A stretch of DNA of 64,000 nt from Squalus acanthias (taxonomy: Eukaryota). A model generated the notes under the pieces. It searched no databases. It saw only the letters and a program-made list of their open reading frames with translations, and was not told the origin of the DNA. The translations under genes were made by a program, and so were the position numbers. Shown here in pieces: positions 63,087 to 64,000 of the stretch; position 1 is the stretch's first letter, and each line of letters starts with the position of its first letter. Location: the NCBI GenBank assembly GCA_030390025.1, contig CM059431.1:135782001-135846000 (forward strand). The letters are read 5' to 3'.

Positions 63087-63935
63087 GGGGGCGATTTTGG
63101 CAGCCCTGGGGAGGCGGGTTTGGAGGCGGGACTACCGGGAAAATTGCAGAAACTGGGGGCGGGTACCCATCACGCCCCCAACCTGCCTCCGTGCCATCTT
63201 CCCAGGAGGCGGGTACCCGACCCGCGCCAGGTCCCGTCTCCTCAAGGCAGGAAGGGGATTACAGCCACTTAACTGCCTGTTAACAGGTAGTTAACAGGCA
63301 GTTAAGAGGATTATCCCCATTTTTCCAACAGAAGTGCGGGCTTCCCGACGTCGGAAAACCCCGCCAGGATCAGCGAGGCGAGCAGTGGGTCTGCGGGGGT
63401 CGGAGGGGTCAGAGGGGTCAAAAAATGCGCTGTGAGTGATGGGTGAAAGTGTGGAGAAGTAAGTATGTGAGGTGAGTGAAAAGTGTTAGAAAAAGTTTAC
63501 TTACCTTTGTTTCTTCCTGCAGGCTTCAATCGTTGGGGATTCGAAGGCTCCAGCATCTCCACGGCAGAGATGACAGAATGGCTGCTGCATTCTCTGATGC
63601 AACAGCCATCTGCTTTCTGCTCAGAAAATAGGTTTGGTGAGTCTTGAGTACAAGAACTCACAAAACGACAGAGAATATCAGTGTTTGATAGCTTCTCAAA
63701 GCTGTCAAATGATGACAATTCATCTGTCAAAAAATTTTGACAGATGAAACGTCATACACTGACGTCCTCTGTCACCGACTTTCACCTAATTGGCCTGCTA
63801 AGCCCACAGAGCGGGCTTAACAAGGTCAATCAAGGGAAAATAGCATGGGTTGGCTGGACGTCGATGGAGGCGGGACTAAAACCCGACAAACAGCAGTCCC
63901 ACCTCCATCACGTCCCCATTGGCAAAATCACCCCC
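63087..63935. mobile_element. Harbinger MITE (family of 35634-37127)
   Basis: TIRs GGGGGCGATTTTG / CAAAATCACCCCC; colinear with 35634-37127 minus its nested insert. Confidence 0.88.
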
Positions 63936-64000
63936 TTAGAATTTCACATTGGGATTGAGAGTGAAATGCTTATCATTTTATGATCACTCTTCCCCAGAGG

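Overview
This window is vertebrate nuclear DNA, most likely from a cartilaginous fish (inferred from shark-type CR1 LINEs, SINEs and Penelope repeats). It consists mostly of nested transposable elements, and I could not support any host protein-coding exon. Contents: many CR1 LINE fragments, including one near-full-length copy with an esterase ORF1 and one young copy with a 460-aa open RT segment; a single-ORF APE-RT LINE with a tRNA-derived 5' head, plus a SINE sharing its head and tail; two-gene PIF/Harbinger transposons (DDE transposase and convergent Myb/SANT gene) with deletion derivatives and MITEs; four solo LTRs (TG..CA, 4-5 bp TSDs); and Penelope-like fragments with minimal hammerhead ribozymes. 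A local inversion/deletion can be reconstructed from a split LTR with reverse-complemented TSDs. Family names come from motif recognition by eye, not database searches; boundaries without a TSD or TIR are approximate.
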